From assembly GCA_039801305.1 (NCBI GenBank), contig JBDRUL010000001.1, positions 1-24,962 of the forward strand: a DNA stretch of 24,962 bases. The letters are read 5' to 3'. Below are positions 7,892 through 15,921 of this stretch, in pieces; position 1 is the stretch's first letter; every line of letters starts with the position of its first letter. The stretch is from a candidate division WOR-3 bacterium. Lineage in GTDB: Bacteria; Hydrothermota; Tepidihabitantia; Tepidihabitantales; Tepidihabitantaceae. The notes beneath the pieces are model-generated. The model was not told the DNA's origin. It did not search any database and saw only the letters and a program-made list of their open reading frames with translations. The position numbers were made by a program, and so were the translations under genes.

Positions 7892-9327
7892 CTTTTATCC
7901 CTCAACAGTTCCAGAAACGCCTCGATGCGAGTAGCAAGCTGCCGATCTATCTCGCGTGCTGGTGGAGCGACATCAAACTCCAGTACCGGCAAACCGGTCT
8001 CCGCCTTGACACGGTCAGCAATCAGGCGTGCCTCCATTGCGCAGTGAGAGCCGCCAAGAATGCCGGATATGACCACTCCCTCAGCCCGGTTAGCGTATAG
8101 CTGCTGGATAATAAGTTCTGAACGCTGCCGGCTCGTGCCGATGAGCGAAGCCGCCATGAATGACTCGGCAATTGCTGTCAACGGCTCCTTCTCTTCGTCG
8201 ATCGGCTCCAGCGCCTGATTTATCACATACTCGGTGCCCACCAGCCTTGCCCCGCGGTCTTCCACAAATGTAAGCAACAACGGATCAGCCGGCGGTGTTA
8301 CCCAGACCAGTCGCAGGGCGTCTTCAAGGACCACGCGCCGGTTCGCCTGCCGGCGCTGGCGGGCAGTCTGCAGCAGGTGCTCGACGACCCGCTCCCATTC
8401 GTCCGGATCAGAGTAGCAGTGCAGATTACCGAACTCCACAACCATCATCTCCAGTGCCGGCAGCACCCCATCACCATAGGCAAGCCTGCGCAGTTCCATT
8501 ACCATCCGGCGCAGACGGTTTGTCCGCCTTATACTCCTGCCCAGCTCCTCGTCAGTAACCCGGCAACCGGTCAGATGCTCAAGACGCTCAACCACCCGTC
8601 TGAACTCGCTCACCAGCAACTCACGGGCTTGAGCCTCGTAGACCATGCCGGTAAAAGTCTGGCAGGTACCAAGACGCCGCAGGGGCAGCTCCACCCAGAG
8701 CAGTTCCCGGGCAATGTCAGCCACCAGTTGCTCCACCCCGGAATAGTCATCGCAGGAGGCACCGGTCGCTGCAATTACCATCTCCGGGACGGGAAAGTAG
8801 GCGCGTCGGGCAAAAGCTGCCAGTGCTGCGCGCGAAAAGCAGGTTGCCTCGCCGATCCCAAGCTCCGCCGCGGTCTCCAACAGCACCTTTGACTCCATTA
8901 CGAAGGGTGTCCACCAGGAACAGTCCGGATAGAAAGCAATGCAATCGGGAAACGAGTTCACAATAACCGGCACTGCACCCAAGTCGCCCATCGTGGCAAT
9001 CACGTGCCTGCCGATCTGACGCGCACGGAAAAGCCGCTCGGTCTCGTTCTGCACAAATCCCCAGAGCCGCAGCGCTGCCAGCGAATTGTCAAACTTGAGC
9101 CGACGCAAATGACGGCAGCCATAGATGGCAAAGGTCTGGGGAGGGAACAGATACTGCGACCAGTGATTGCTTGTGTCTGAATGTACCCGAGGAGACTCCG
9201 ACTCATCCGGTCTGCGGAAATATCGAAAACTCTGTATCAGCTCGTCTGGAACCGTCTCGAAAAGCTCTGCCCACTCGTCAAAGGTGATCCTTGCTGGCAA
9301 CGGGTCCTGCCAGAGATTCGGTTTCAC
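7888..9327 (-). CDS. 2-hydroxyacyl-CoA dehydratase family (HGD-D) subunit, divergent, with an N-terminal extension
   Basis: Motifs TCFSRAALAA, GASCDD, ELGRSIRRTNRLRR, RLVWVTPP, EGVVISGILGGSHC and QLATRIEAFLELL (the family C-terminal motif). Confidence 0.85.
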   Translation of the reverse strand: MKPNLWQDPLPARITFDEWAELFETVPDELIQSFRYFRRPDESESPRVHSDTSNHWSQYLFPPQTFAIYGCRHLRRLKFDNSLAALRLWGFVQNETERLFRARQIGRHVIATMGDLGAVPVIVNSFPDCIAFYPDCSWWTPFVMESKVLLETAAELGIGEATCFSRAALAAFARRAYFPVPEMVIAATGASCDDYSGVEQLVADIARELLWVELPLRRLGTCQTFTGMVYEAQARELLVSEFRRVVERLEHLTGCRVTDEELGRSIRRTNRLRRMVMELRRLAYGDGVLPALEMMVVEFGNLHCYSDPDEWERVVEHLLQTARQRRQANRRVVLEDALRLVWVTPPADPLLLTFVEDRGARLVGTEYVINQALEPIDEEKEPLTAIAESFMAASLIGTSRQRSELIIQQLYANRAEGVVISGILGGSHCAMEARLIADRVKAETGLPVLEFDVAPPAREIDRQLATRIEAFLELLRDKR

Positions 9328-10433
9328 AGAGCCTCCAGAAAAGCCTCTATTCGAGTTCTTACCTGTTCCTGATTCTCGCCAGCATAGTCAGAATCGACTG
9401 CCAGTACCGGAATCCTGAGCTTCTGGCGCAGCCGCCTGATCTCAAAACTCCAAGGGTCACAGTAGAGCAGGGTCTTGACAACGATCCCTTGCACCCCACG
9501 TTCAGCGATAAGCTGCCGGGCAAATTGATATAGCTCATCATTGGGTCGGCGACAGGCGCAGGCTGGACGGCTGTAATAAAACCAAGCAAGCGACTCCAAC
9601 GAATCTCCCCGGCCTACCTGAGTCTCTGCCGACCAGCGTGCACCGGTGCAGAGTACGTCCCCCACAACATCTGCACCTGCCTCGAGCACATTGAGAAACC
9701 AGCGGTCAGCCGGTAGAAAGATACTACCTGCAAGCAGCAGCCTGGGGCGTACTGTCATACCGGCAGAAGCCGTCGGCAACAAGGAGAGTAGTCTTTCCAG
9801 CAGCGCCGTTGCCTGATCTGGATCCAAAGTGACGGCAAGAGCGGTCAGGTCAAGAATATCTGACTGTGACACCGCTGGCGCCGGTAGGGCACGATTCGCA
9901 TCAAACTTGCGGAGCAATTCTCGCAGCCGGTCGTAGCTGGTAATGGCATCGGCAAGACGGGTGCTCTCTGCACGCACACCAGTGAAACAAGCAAGCCAGT
10001 CTGCAAGTAACCTGAGCTGACGCAGAAACTCCCCGACTCTTGGCGAAAGCGGTTCTGAAGTCCTCGGCAGGTAAAGAGTGAACGCAGGCACACCCGCAAA
10101 GGCACTGACCGCTTCGCCCAAGCGCCGCATCATATCGCAGGTACTCACGTTGACTACGCCATCGACGAACCGGTAAAGACTTTCGGTCTCAAAACCGCCC
10201 AGACACACCTTGCAAAACGAGCAGGCATCTGACCGCAGATACTTCTCACCTCTTTCTTCTGCTTCGCGACTCGCGCGCAGTAGCCGCACCGGAATCGCAC
10301 CACTAGCGTGGATGAGCTCTGCCGGCACGTACTGACACCAGTAGCCGATGACCTTCTTGCCAGCGGCTCTGGCTTCGGAAAGCTCCTGCAACCGCTGCCG
10401 CTGCAGTCTCTCAAACTCTGCTGTCCTAATCAT
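9324..10433 (-). CDS. 2-hydroxyacyl-CoA dehydratase / double-cubane-cluster-like protein
   Basis: Motifs VIGYWCQYVPAELIHASG, DACSFCK, STCDMMRR, DVLCTG, PACACRRP, LLYCDPW and EQVRTRIEAFLE. ATG 10433 gives an ATGA overlap with the upstream stop; the track start is GTG 10439. Confidence 0.9.
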   Translation of the reverse strand: MIRTAEFERLQRQRLQELSEARAAGKKVIGYWCQYVPAELIHASGAIPVRLLRASREAEERGEKYLRSDACSFCKVCLGGFETESLYRFVDGVVNVSTCDMMRRLGEAVSAFAGVPAFTLYLPRTSEPLSPRVGEFLRQLRLLADWLACFTGVRAESTRLADAITSYDRLRELLRKFDANRALPAPAVSQSDILDLTALAVTLDPDQATALLERLLSLLPTASAGMTVRPRLLLAGSIFLPADRWFLNVLEAGADVVGDVLCTGARWSAETQVGRGDSLESLAWFYYSRPACACRRPNDELYQFARQLIAERGVQGIVVKTLLYCDPWSFEIRRLRQKLRIPVLAVDSDYAGENQEQVRTRIEAFLEAL

Positions 10434-11593
10434 CCCCACGGCGCGAACTCCATTGCCGAGATGAACTCCTGTTCAAAATCCGGTCTGCCTGAGAGCAATA
10501 TCTCCCGGCAGCGGTCAGCAAGCGTCCGCGCCACTGTCAACCGGCGGCTGTTAGCTGCCACTATCACCGCGCCGCGCAGAGCAAGATTGCGATGTTGCCG
10601 CTTCCGAGCTGTTGTATTGGGCAGCAGACCGATTATCAATGCTGCGTGCAGATCTGCCGCTCCGCCGAACCGGCCGGTGAGAAATATCCGTTCGATGTCA
10701 GCCGGTCTTGCGCCGATGCACTTCAAGAGTATTCTGATGCCGGCAGCGATCGCCGCCTTTGCCAGCTGAATCTCACGGAGATCGCGCTGACTAATGTAGA
10801 GACCGGTCTTCCCGAGCAGCAATCGCTCACCGCTGCGCAGCCGGCCGCTACTCTCTATGAGTCCGAGCCTCAGACCAGCTGCAACTGCAGCCAGAACCCC
10901 GGAACCACATATCCCGGTCGCCGGCTTACCCTGGATCGTTTCCACCAGCATCCTTCCACTTCGGACTCTCACACTGCTAACCGCGCCTGGGCAGGCGATG
11001 CTGCCGCACTCGAGCGTGGCGCCCTCGAAAGCCGGCCCCGCGGCTGTTGAACAGACCAGGATCCTCTCGCGGTTGCCCAACGCGACCTCACCGTTGGTAC
11101 CGGCATCAACTAGCAGCGAGAGCTGGCGGCTTCTGTGCATTCCGGCTGCTAATATTGCCGCGCAGCAGTCACTCCCCACAAACCTGCCCAGCAGTGGCAG
11201 CATCCGGATTCTGAGACGGGCAGTACCAATCTGCCTCACAGCAGAAAGAATCTTCCCCGTTGCCAGCTGCGACCGGTACGGATGTACTCCGAGCCCGGTG
11301 GGATCCCTGCCGAGCAGAAAATGCGCCATCACCGTGTTTCCCACTGCGGTTATTGATGACCGTCTGTCGATCTGCCAATCTGTCCTGACCCGGTCAATAA
11401 GCTCCAGTAGGCCTGCCCGGGCAACATCTGGGGCACGTTCAATCCGGCTGATCACATCAGAACCGAAGCACATCTGGGGATTCAGAATATCTTTACGCCG
11501 CACCACCCGGCTGGTGCATCTTTCTACGGCAGCAAAAGAGACTGTTGTGGTTCCGACGTCAACCGCCAGAACGCAGCTACTCAACTCGACCAT
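10430..11593 (-). CDS. ASKHA-domain (DUF4445) reductive activator of corrinoid enzymes, RACo/RamA-like, without an Fe-S ferredoxin domain
   Basis: Motifs AVDVGTTTV, NPQMCFGSDVISRI, AVGNTVM, GRFVGSD, LLVDAGTNGEV, CSTAAGPAFEG, GICGSG, ISQRDLREIQLAKAAI and LTGRFG. Confidence 0.88.
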   Translation of the reverse strand: MVELSSCVLAVDVGTTTVSFAAVERCTSRVVRRKDILNPQMCFGSDVISRIERAPDVARAGLLELIDRVRTDWQIDRRSSITAVGNTVMAHFLLGRDPTGLGVHPYRSQLATGKILSAVRQIGTARLRIRMLPLLGRFVGSDCCAAILAAGMHRSRQLSLLVDAGTNGEVALGNRERILVCSTAAGPAFEGATLECGSIACPGAVSSVRVRSGRMLVETIQGKPATGICGSGVLAAVAAGLRLGLIESSGRLRSGERLLLGKTGLYISQRDLREIQLAKAAIAAGIRILLKCIGARPADIERIFLTGRFGGAADLHAALIIGLLPNTTARKRQHRNLALRGAVIVAANSRRLTVARTLADRCREILLSGRPDFEQEFISAMEFAPWG

Positions 11594-12561
11594 TCTCTGA
11601 CTGCCGCAACCATTGCCCGGATATTTTCAAACGGCGTCTGGACAGGTACATCACAACCGGATGAAAGAATCAGCCTCGACAATCTCAACTCAAGACTTCG
11701 GCGAACCTCCGCCTGTACGTCTTCAGCAGTACCATCAAGCAGCAGGGTAGTCGAGACGCCGCCCATGATGGTCGCTTTCCCGTCAAGTTCTGGGTAAACT
11801 GATACCAGCCTGACATCCTCAATGCTGACAAAGTCGGCTCCAGTCCCAAACAGCTGCCCCAGTATCCGTGAGGTATCGCCGCAGACATGCAGACCGACCG
11901 GACTGCCCATGGAATGGGCATCTTCAACCAACCGCTTGAGATACGGTTGAGCAAAGTTGGAAAACTGTTCCGGGCTGATCACGCTCCCCGATGCCACCGG
12001 GTCTCCAATGAAGGGCACAGCGCCTGACCTGACAATCGCCGAAAGATAGCGGCGCTGATTCTCGGTGGCAACAAGAAGGAAATCCCTAGCCCTGTCCGGT
12101 TGCCCAATTAAGTCGATAAGGAACCTCTCAGTCCCCGCTAGCATTGACGCAAGCGAGAATGGACCCTTCAGCGAACCGAGTATCGTAGCCCTGCCACCGG
12201 TAAGCTCTGACAGCCTCAGGATTGCCTCCAGCACAACCGGCATCCGGCCGTCACGATCCGGGTCAGCTGGCTCGAGCCGTGAGACCTGCGGCGGCATCAA
12301 TAGGAACGGGTCTTCGTCTTCGGGAATGATGACCTGCGCGCCCATCGCCTCGGCTTCGACGACCGTGTCGGTGAAGACGGTTATTCCGTCGTAGTCGTAG
12401 AACCGGTAGGCGGAGAAAAGAGCCCGCGCCAGCGCGGTCGGCTGGGTCACCACCTCTGCCATAGAATAGCCTCCCAGTCGCGCTGCGTGATTCGCAGCCA
12501 CCATCGGAATAATCAGTTGTCGGCCAGACGCGCCGTCTGAAAAAACGCCGCCGAAACTCAT
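11581..12561 (-). CDS. URO-D superfamily protein, MtaA-type methylcobamide methyltransferase (copy 2)
   Basis: Motifs VEAEAMGA, GPFSLA, DPVASGSVISP, LHVCGD, IMGGVST and SSGCDVP. ATGA overlap with the corrinoid gene. Confidence 0.88.
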   Translation of the reverse strand: MSFGGVFSDGASGRQLIIPMVAANHAARLGGYSMAEVVTQPTALARALFSAYRFYDYDGITVFTDTVVEAEAMGAQVIIPEDEDPFLLMPPQVSRLEPADPDRDGRMPVVLEAILRLSELTGGRATILGSLKGPFSLASMLAGTERFLIDLIGQPDRARDFLLVATENQRRYLSAIVRSGAVPFIGDPVASGSVISPEQFSNFAQPYLKRLVEDAHSMGSPVGLHVCGDTSRILGQLFGTGADFVSIEDVRLVSVYPELDGKATIMGGVSTTLLLDGTAEDVQAEVRRSLELRLSRLILSSGCDVPVQTPFENIRAMVAAVREWSS

Positions 12562-13208
12562 CTGCGGCTTAGTCGCTCAAACTCCAATACCGCGCCGTGT
12601 GCATCCGCAGCCCAGCCGTCTGCACCAATCCGCCGGCTGAATTCCAGCGATACGGGTGCGCCACCAACTATAACCTTAACACAATCACGCAGACCGGCGC
12701 TCTGGAGTGCTCTGATCACCGCTGCCATCTTGGGCATTGTAGTGGTCATCAGGGAAGACATTCCCAGTGCCAGTATTCTCTCCTCGCGAACTGCCCGCAG
12801 GAAACCCTCAACCGGCACATTCCGACCAAGATCGATCACCTCGAAACCGGCAGCCTCAAGCATCACTTTCACGATGTTCTTGCCAATATCGTGAATGTCG
12901 CCCTGAACAACCCCGAGCGCCACTCTAATGGCAGTCCCTGCTCTGTCAGAGCCTTCGCTCACCAGAACCGGCCTGAGAATCTCGAATCCGGCATACATTG
13001 CCTTTGACGCTAGCAGTACTTCCGGAACAAAGCACTCCCTAGCTGCAAACCTCTCGCCCATCCGGCGCATGCCGGCGGCAAGACCAAGTGTAATTGCCTT
13101 CTCGGCAGAAAGCCCTTTTTTCACAACCTGTTGTGCCAGAGCTGCTACCAGCTCCGGCCTCATAGCAACTACGGCGTCGGCAAGCTGGCTGTAAAGCGAT
13201 TCATCCAT
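12558..13208 (-). CDS. Corrinoid (cobalamin-binding) protein, MtaC/MtmC-like (B12-binding_2 cap + B12-binding domain)
   Basis: GLAAGMRRMGERF...FVPEVLLA cap, then GDIHDIGKNIV (DxHxxG), LGMSSLMTTT and VGGAPV. Confidence 0.96.
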   Translation of the reverse strand: MDESLYSQLADAVVAMRPELVAALAQQVVKKGLSAEKAITLGLAAGMRRMGERFAARECFVPEVLLASKAMYAGFEILRPVLVSEGSDRAGTAIRVALGVVQGDIHDIGKNIVKVMLEAAGFEVIDLGRNVPVEGFLRAVREERILALGMSSLMTTTMPKMAAVIRALQSAGLRDCVKVIVGGAPVSLEFSRRIGADGWAADAHGAVLEFERLSRR

Positions 13209-13214
13209 CAGATA

Positions 13215-13243
13215 ATCTTATGCTTGGAAACGCGACGGTGCAA
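13215..13243 (-). promoter_or_regulatory. Putative sigma70 promoter, leaderless, for the corrinoid/methyltransferase/dehydratase sub-operon
   Basis: Minus strand TTGCAC-N17-TAAGAT, 6 nt before ATG 13208, with no SD. Confidence 0.6.
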
Positions 13244-13254
13244 CCGCCGGCGAC

Positions 13255-14292
13255 TCAGATCACCCTGACCCGGCCTGTACCAGCTTCAACCCGGCCGATT
13301 GCCACCGCTGTGTCAATCCCGGCCGAGTGCAGACGGCTGACCAGATAGTCAGCACGGTCAGCTGGTACCGACAACAGCAGACCACCTGAAGTCTGGGCAT
13401 CACATAGCAGCAGGCGCTTCGTCTCAGGAACGTCAACACCAAACTCAGCGCGCGACTGCATGAACTCGTAGTTTCTTATCGACCCACCCGGAAAAAACTC
13501 CCTGCGGGCGAGCTCCTCTGCCCCGGCAACGAACGGTATCCGCTCTGATTCAATCTCGAGATCGACCCTGCTCGCACCTGCCAGCTCCCAGGCATGACCC
13601 AGCAACCCGAAACCGGTGACGTCAGTAGCAGCATTCACCCCTACTTCGCACATCACCTCAGCAGCAGTACGATTAAGCTCGCACATGACCCGGTTTGCCG
13701 CTGTGACTGTCTGCGAATCCGCAATACCAGCCTTTACCGCGGTCGTGATCACTCCGATACCCAGTGGCTTCGTTAGAACCAGTACGTCCCCCGGGCGGGC
13801 GCCAGCATTGGTCACGATCCGATCGGGATGGACCAAGCCCGTCACCGCCAACCCGCACTTCAGTTCCGTATCCCTAGTTGTATGTCCACCGGCAACAACC
13901 GCGCCAGCTTCCATCACCTTGTCCCAGACGCCAACGAGCATATCCCTAATCGTCTCATGCGCCAGCTCGCCGACCGGAAACCCGACAATGCAGAGAGCCG
14001 CCACTGGTCTGCCGCCCATTGCATAGACATCGGAAAGGGCATTCGCTGCCGCAATCTGTCCAAAAACCCTCGCATCTTCAGCAACCGGCGTCAACACATC
14101 AACCGTCAGCACGAGAGCCGTGTCTTCGCTGATCGCATAGATCCCGGCATCATCGGCGGTGTCACTGCACACCAGCAGCCGCGGATCAGAGAAAACAGGA
14201 AGCTGCCGCAGGACCTGCAGCAGGTCTTCCTGACATACCTTGCTGGCTCAGCCGGCTGCACGCGCGTAGTCGATCAGTCTTTTTTCTCGCAT
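13255..14292 (-). CDS. selD: Selenide, water dikinase (selenophosphate synthetase), selenocysteine form, 345 aa
   Basis: The track ORF starts at 14172, but the frame extends through an in-frame TGA (14248-14250) to ATG 14292, giving MREKRLIDYARAAG-U-ASKV. This matches the SelD GC/U-x-x-K active-site motif. The rest shows DDAGIY, TVDVLTP, AANALSDVYAMGG, TDVTGFGLLGH and DAQTSGGLL. Confidence 0.96.
14218..14245 (-). promoter_or_regulatory. SECIS-like hairpin of selD
   Basis: Immediately 3' of the UGA: CAGC-A-AGGT...ACCT-GCTG, a bulged stem with a G-starting apical loop. Confidence 0.75.
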
Positions 14293-14296
14293 GGCT

Positions 14297-14890
14297 TCAT
14301 ATCCTGAGAACGTCTGTTGCCGCGGTCATGATCTCAACGAGCTCGTACATGTTGGACACCTGCCCGACCCGGGTCTCGCCTTTGAGGCCGTAGTAATCCA
14401 GACAGGTACCGCAGACACGGATTGTAAACCCCAGACGCTCCAGCCGATTCAAAGTATCAAGGACAGCCGAACCAGCAACAGCCAGCTTCACTCCGCCATG
14501 TACAAGGACGATGGTAGCCGGCTTGGCAGGTACCTCGGCCAGCGAACGAAGAAAGAGCTCCATCAGCAGCTTGCCCAGCTCTTCGCTGCCTGTTCCAAAC
14601 TGTTCAGAAGCAATCATCACGACCCGGTCTGAGACCGCCGGTTTCTGGATTGACCCACCACCGGGACTGAGTTCGATCGAATACGTGTCTGGTACGTCAT
14701 CCAGCATGAGAACCGAGTATCCGCATTTTCTGGCAAATCTTGCAATATTGTCACAGACATCGGCACTATCTGCGACCACTCTCAACGTCCGCCCAGGATT
14801 CGATTCTATGGCTGAACGGACGCGAATAACGGGTTCAGGACAGTTGAGACCCCGAACGTCCACCAGTACCGGTGCGCCGTGTCCAGTCAC
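14297..14890 (-). CDS. yedF: Sulfurtransferase-like selenium metabolism protein YedF (TusA/SirA domain + DsrE-like domain)
   Basis: N-terminal VDVRGLNCPEPV (TusA CPxP motif). C-terminal FGTGSEELGKLLMELFL...GVKL...VCGTCLDYYGL...GQVSNMYE. Directly upstream of selD. Confidence 0.88.
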   Translation of the reverse strand: MTGHGAPVLVDVRGLNCPEPVIRVRSAIESNPGRTLRVVADSADVCDNIARFARKCGYSVLMLDDVPDTYSIELSPGGGSIQKPAVSDRVVMIASEQFGTGSEELGKLLMELFLRSLAEVPAKPATIVLVHGGVKLAVAGSAVLDTLNRLERLGFTIRVCGTCLDYYGLKGETRVGQVSNMYELVEIMTAATDVLRI

Positions 14891-15177
14891 TACGTACCTC
14901 CGTTCGGACAGTAGGTGTCTACGGAGTCGGGCGCGATACCAGAATTCCTGAGCAGACTCAGGGCAGCCGGCACCTGCGTATCATCAAGTACAAGAACAAC
15001 ACCACAATCAGCCAGCCGACGGGGGGCAGCTATCACTTCGATACCCCGATCTTTCAGGACCCTTGCGGCCGAAATCAACTCCTGCACCGTTGCAAACGAG
15101 AACGAAGTAAGTTCCTGCAGACAGGGTTCGGCCAAATGCTGTTGGCCAGAACTGGCATCTTCTCTTTCGCCGTTCAT
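14890..15177 (-). CDS. DUF3343 family protein (putative Se/S carrier)
   Basis: FATVQELISAARVLKDRGIEVIAAPRRLADCGVVL matches the F-x-S/T...LK..GI...PR...CG..L pattern. Its stop abuts the yedF start. Confidence 0.75.
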   Translation of the reverse strand: MNGEREDASSGQQHLAEPCLQELTSFSFATVQELISAARVLKDRGIEVIAAPRRLADCGVVLVLDDTQVPAALSLLRNSGIAPDSVDTYCPNGGT

Positions 15178-15261
15178 TCGCTTCTCTTATTACGTCGCAA
15201 CACAATTACAGTCCATAGTGTCCGTCACCTTCAGCTTGTACGCTGCTTTCAGTACCACAGA

Positions 15262-15918
15262 CTATTTCACGAGCACACATAACCGTGGCGCAGAGCCTCC
15301 CGCAACAGACCAGAGCAAATATACGCCCGCAGGCAGGTGACGAATACTGTTCTCTCCCGGCCACAGATTGCCTACACGACGACCAGCTGCATCAAACAAC
15401 TCGTACCGTCCGTAACCACGGAGCCAACCGACAGCAACTGTCGCTGTTGAACCATTCTTACCAAGACCAGCCTGATTTAGCTCATCCACACCAGCACCTG
15501 CAAATGTGCGGGTCGTAATAGAATCCTTCAACGTCGGATCGCCCAACGACCGTACCCACAGATTTACAACTGCTTCACCAGGAGTTGTGCTGGTATAGAC
15601 GGTAACATGTATCGCCGTATCTGCCTCGCCAACTGCGAGGGTGTCGTACAGCAAGACACCCGGCTCGGCTCAGCCGAAGCGCGTACAGTAACTGACCACC
15701 CAATCCGGGACAATGCTAATGACCCGGCAATCCAGTTCGTAGACATCGCGCTCCGTGCCGGTATTGACCAGCGAGAAGTGATATTCGACCACTTCCCCGG
15801 GCTGGACATACTGAACAGTGTCACTCCGGCAGAAGAAGTCGAAGGCGTGGCCGGCATGTACCAGTGGAGTGTTGATTGCCACCAGCAGTCCTGCCATCAA
15901 CAGCAAGCGGAGTGCCAT
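15262..15918 (-). CDS. Putative secreted selenoprotein, 218 aa (signal peptide, Ig-like domain with W-x4-C-x4-U, T9SS-like C-terminal tail)
   Basis: Track ORFs 15670-15918 and 15262-15654 are in the same frame and separated only by TGA 15670-15672 plus 5 sense codons: ...PDWVVSYCTRFG-U-AEPGVLLYDTL.... SD AAGGAG precedes ATG 15918, no SD precedes 15654, and a SECIS-like hairpin follows the TGA. Confidence 0.85.
15636..15667 (-). promoter_or_regulatory. SECIS-like hairpin after UGA 15670-15672
   Basis: CGAG-ccg-GGTGTC-ttgctgtac-GACACC-CTCG: a 6-7 bp perfect upper stem with a bulged lower stem. If U-A closes the loop, the apical loop GCUGU starts with G, 17 nt from the UGA. Confidence 0.75.
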
Positions 15919-15921
15919 CTT

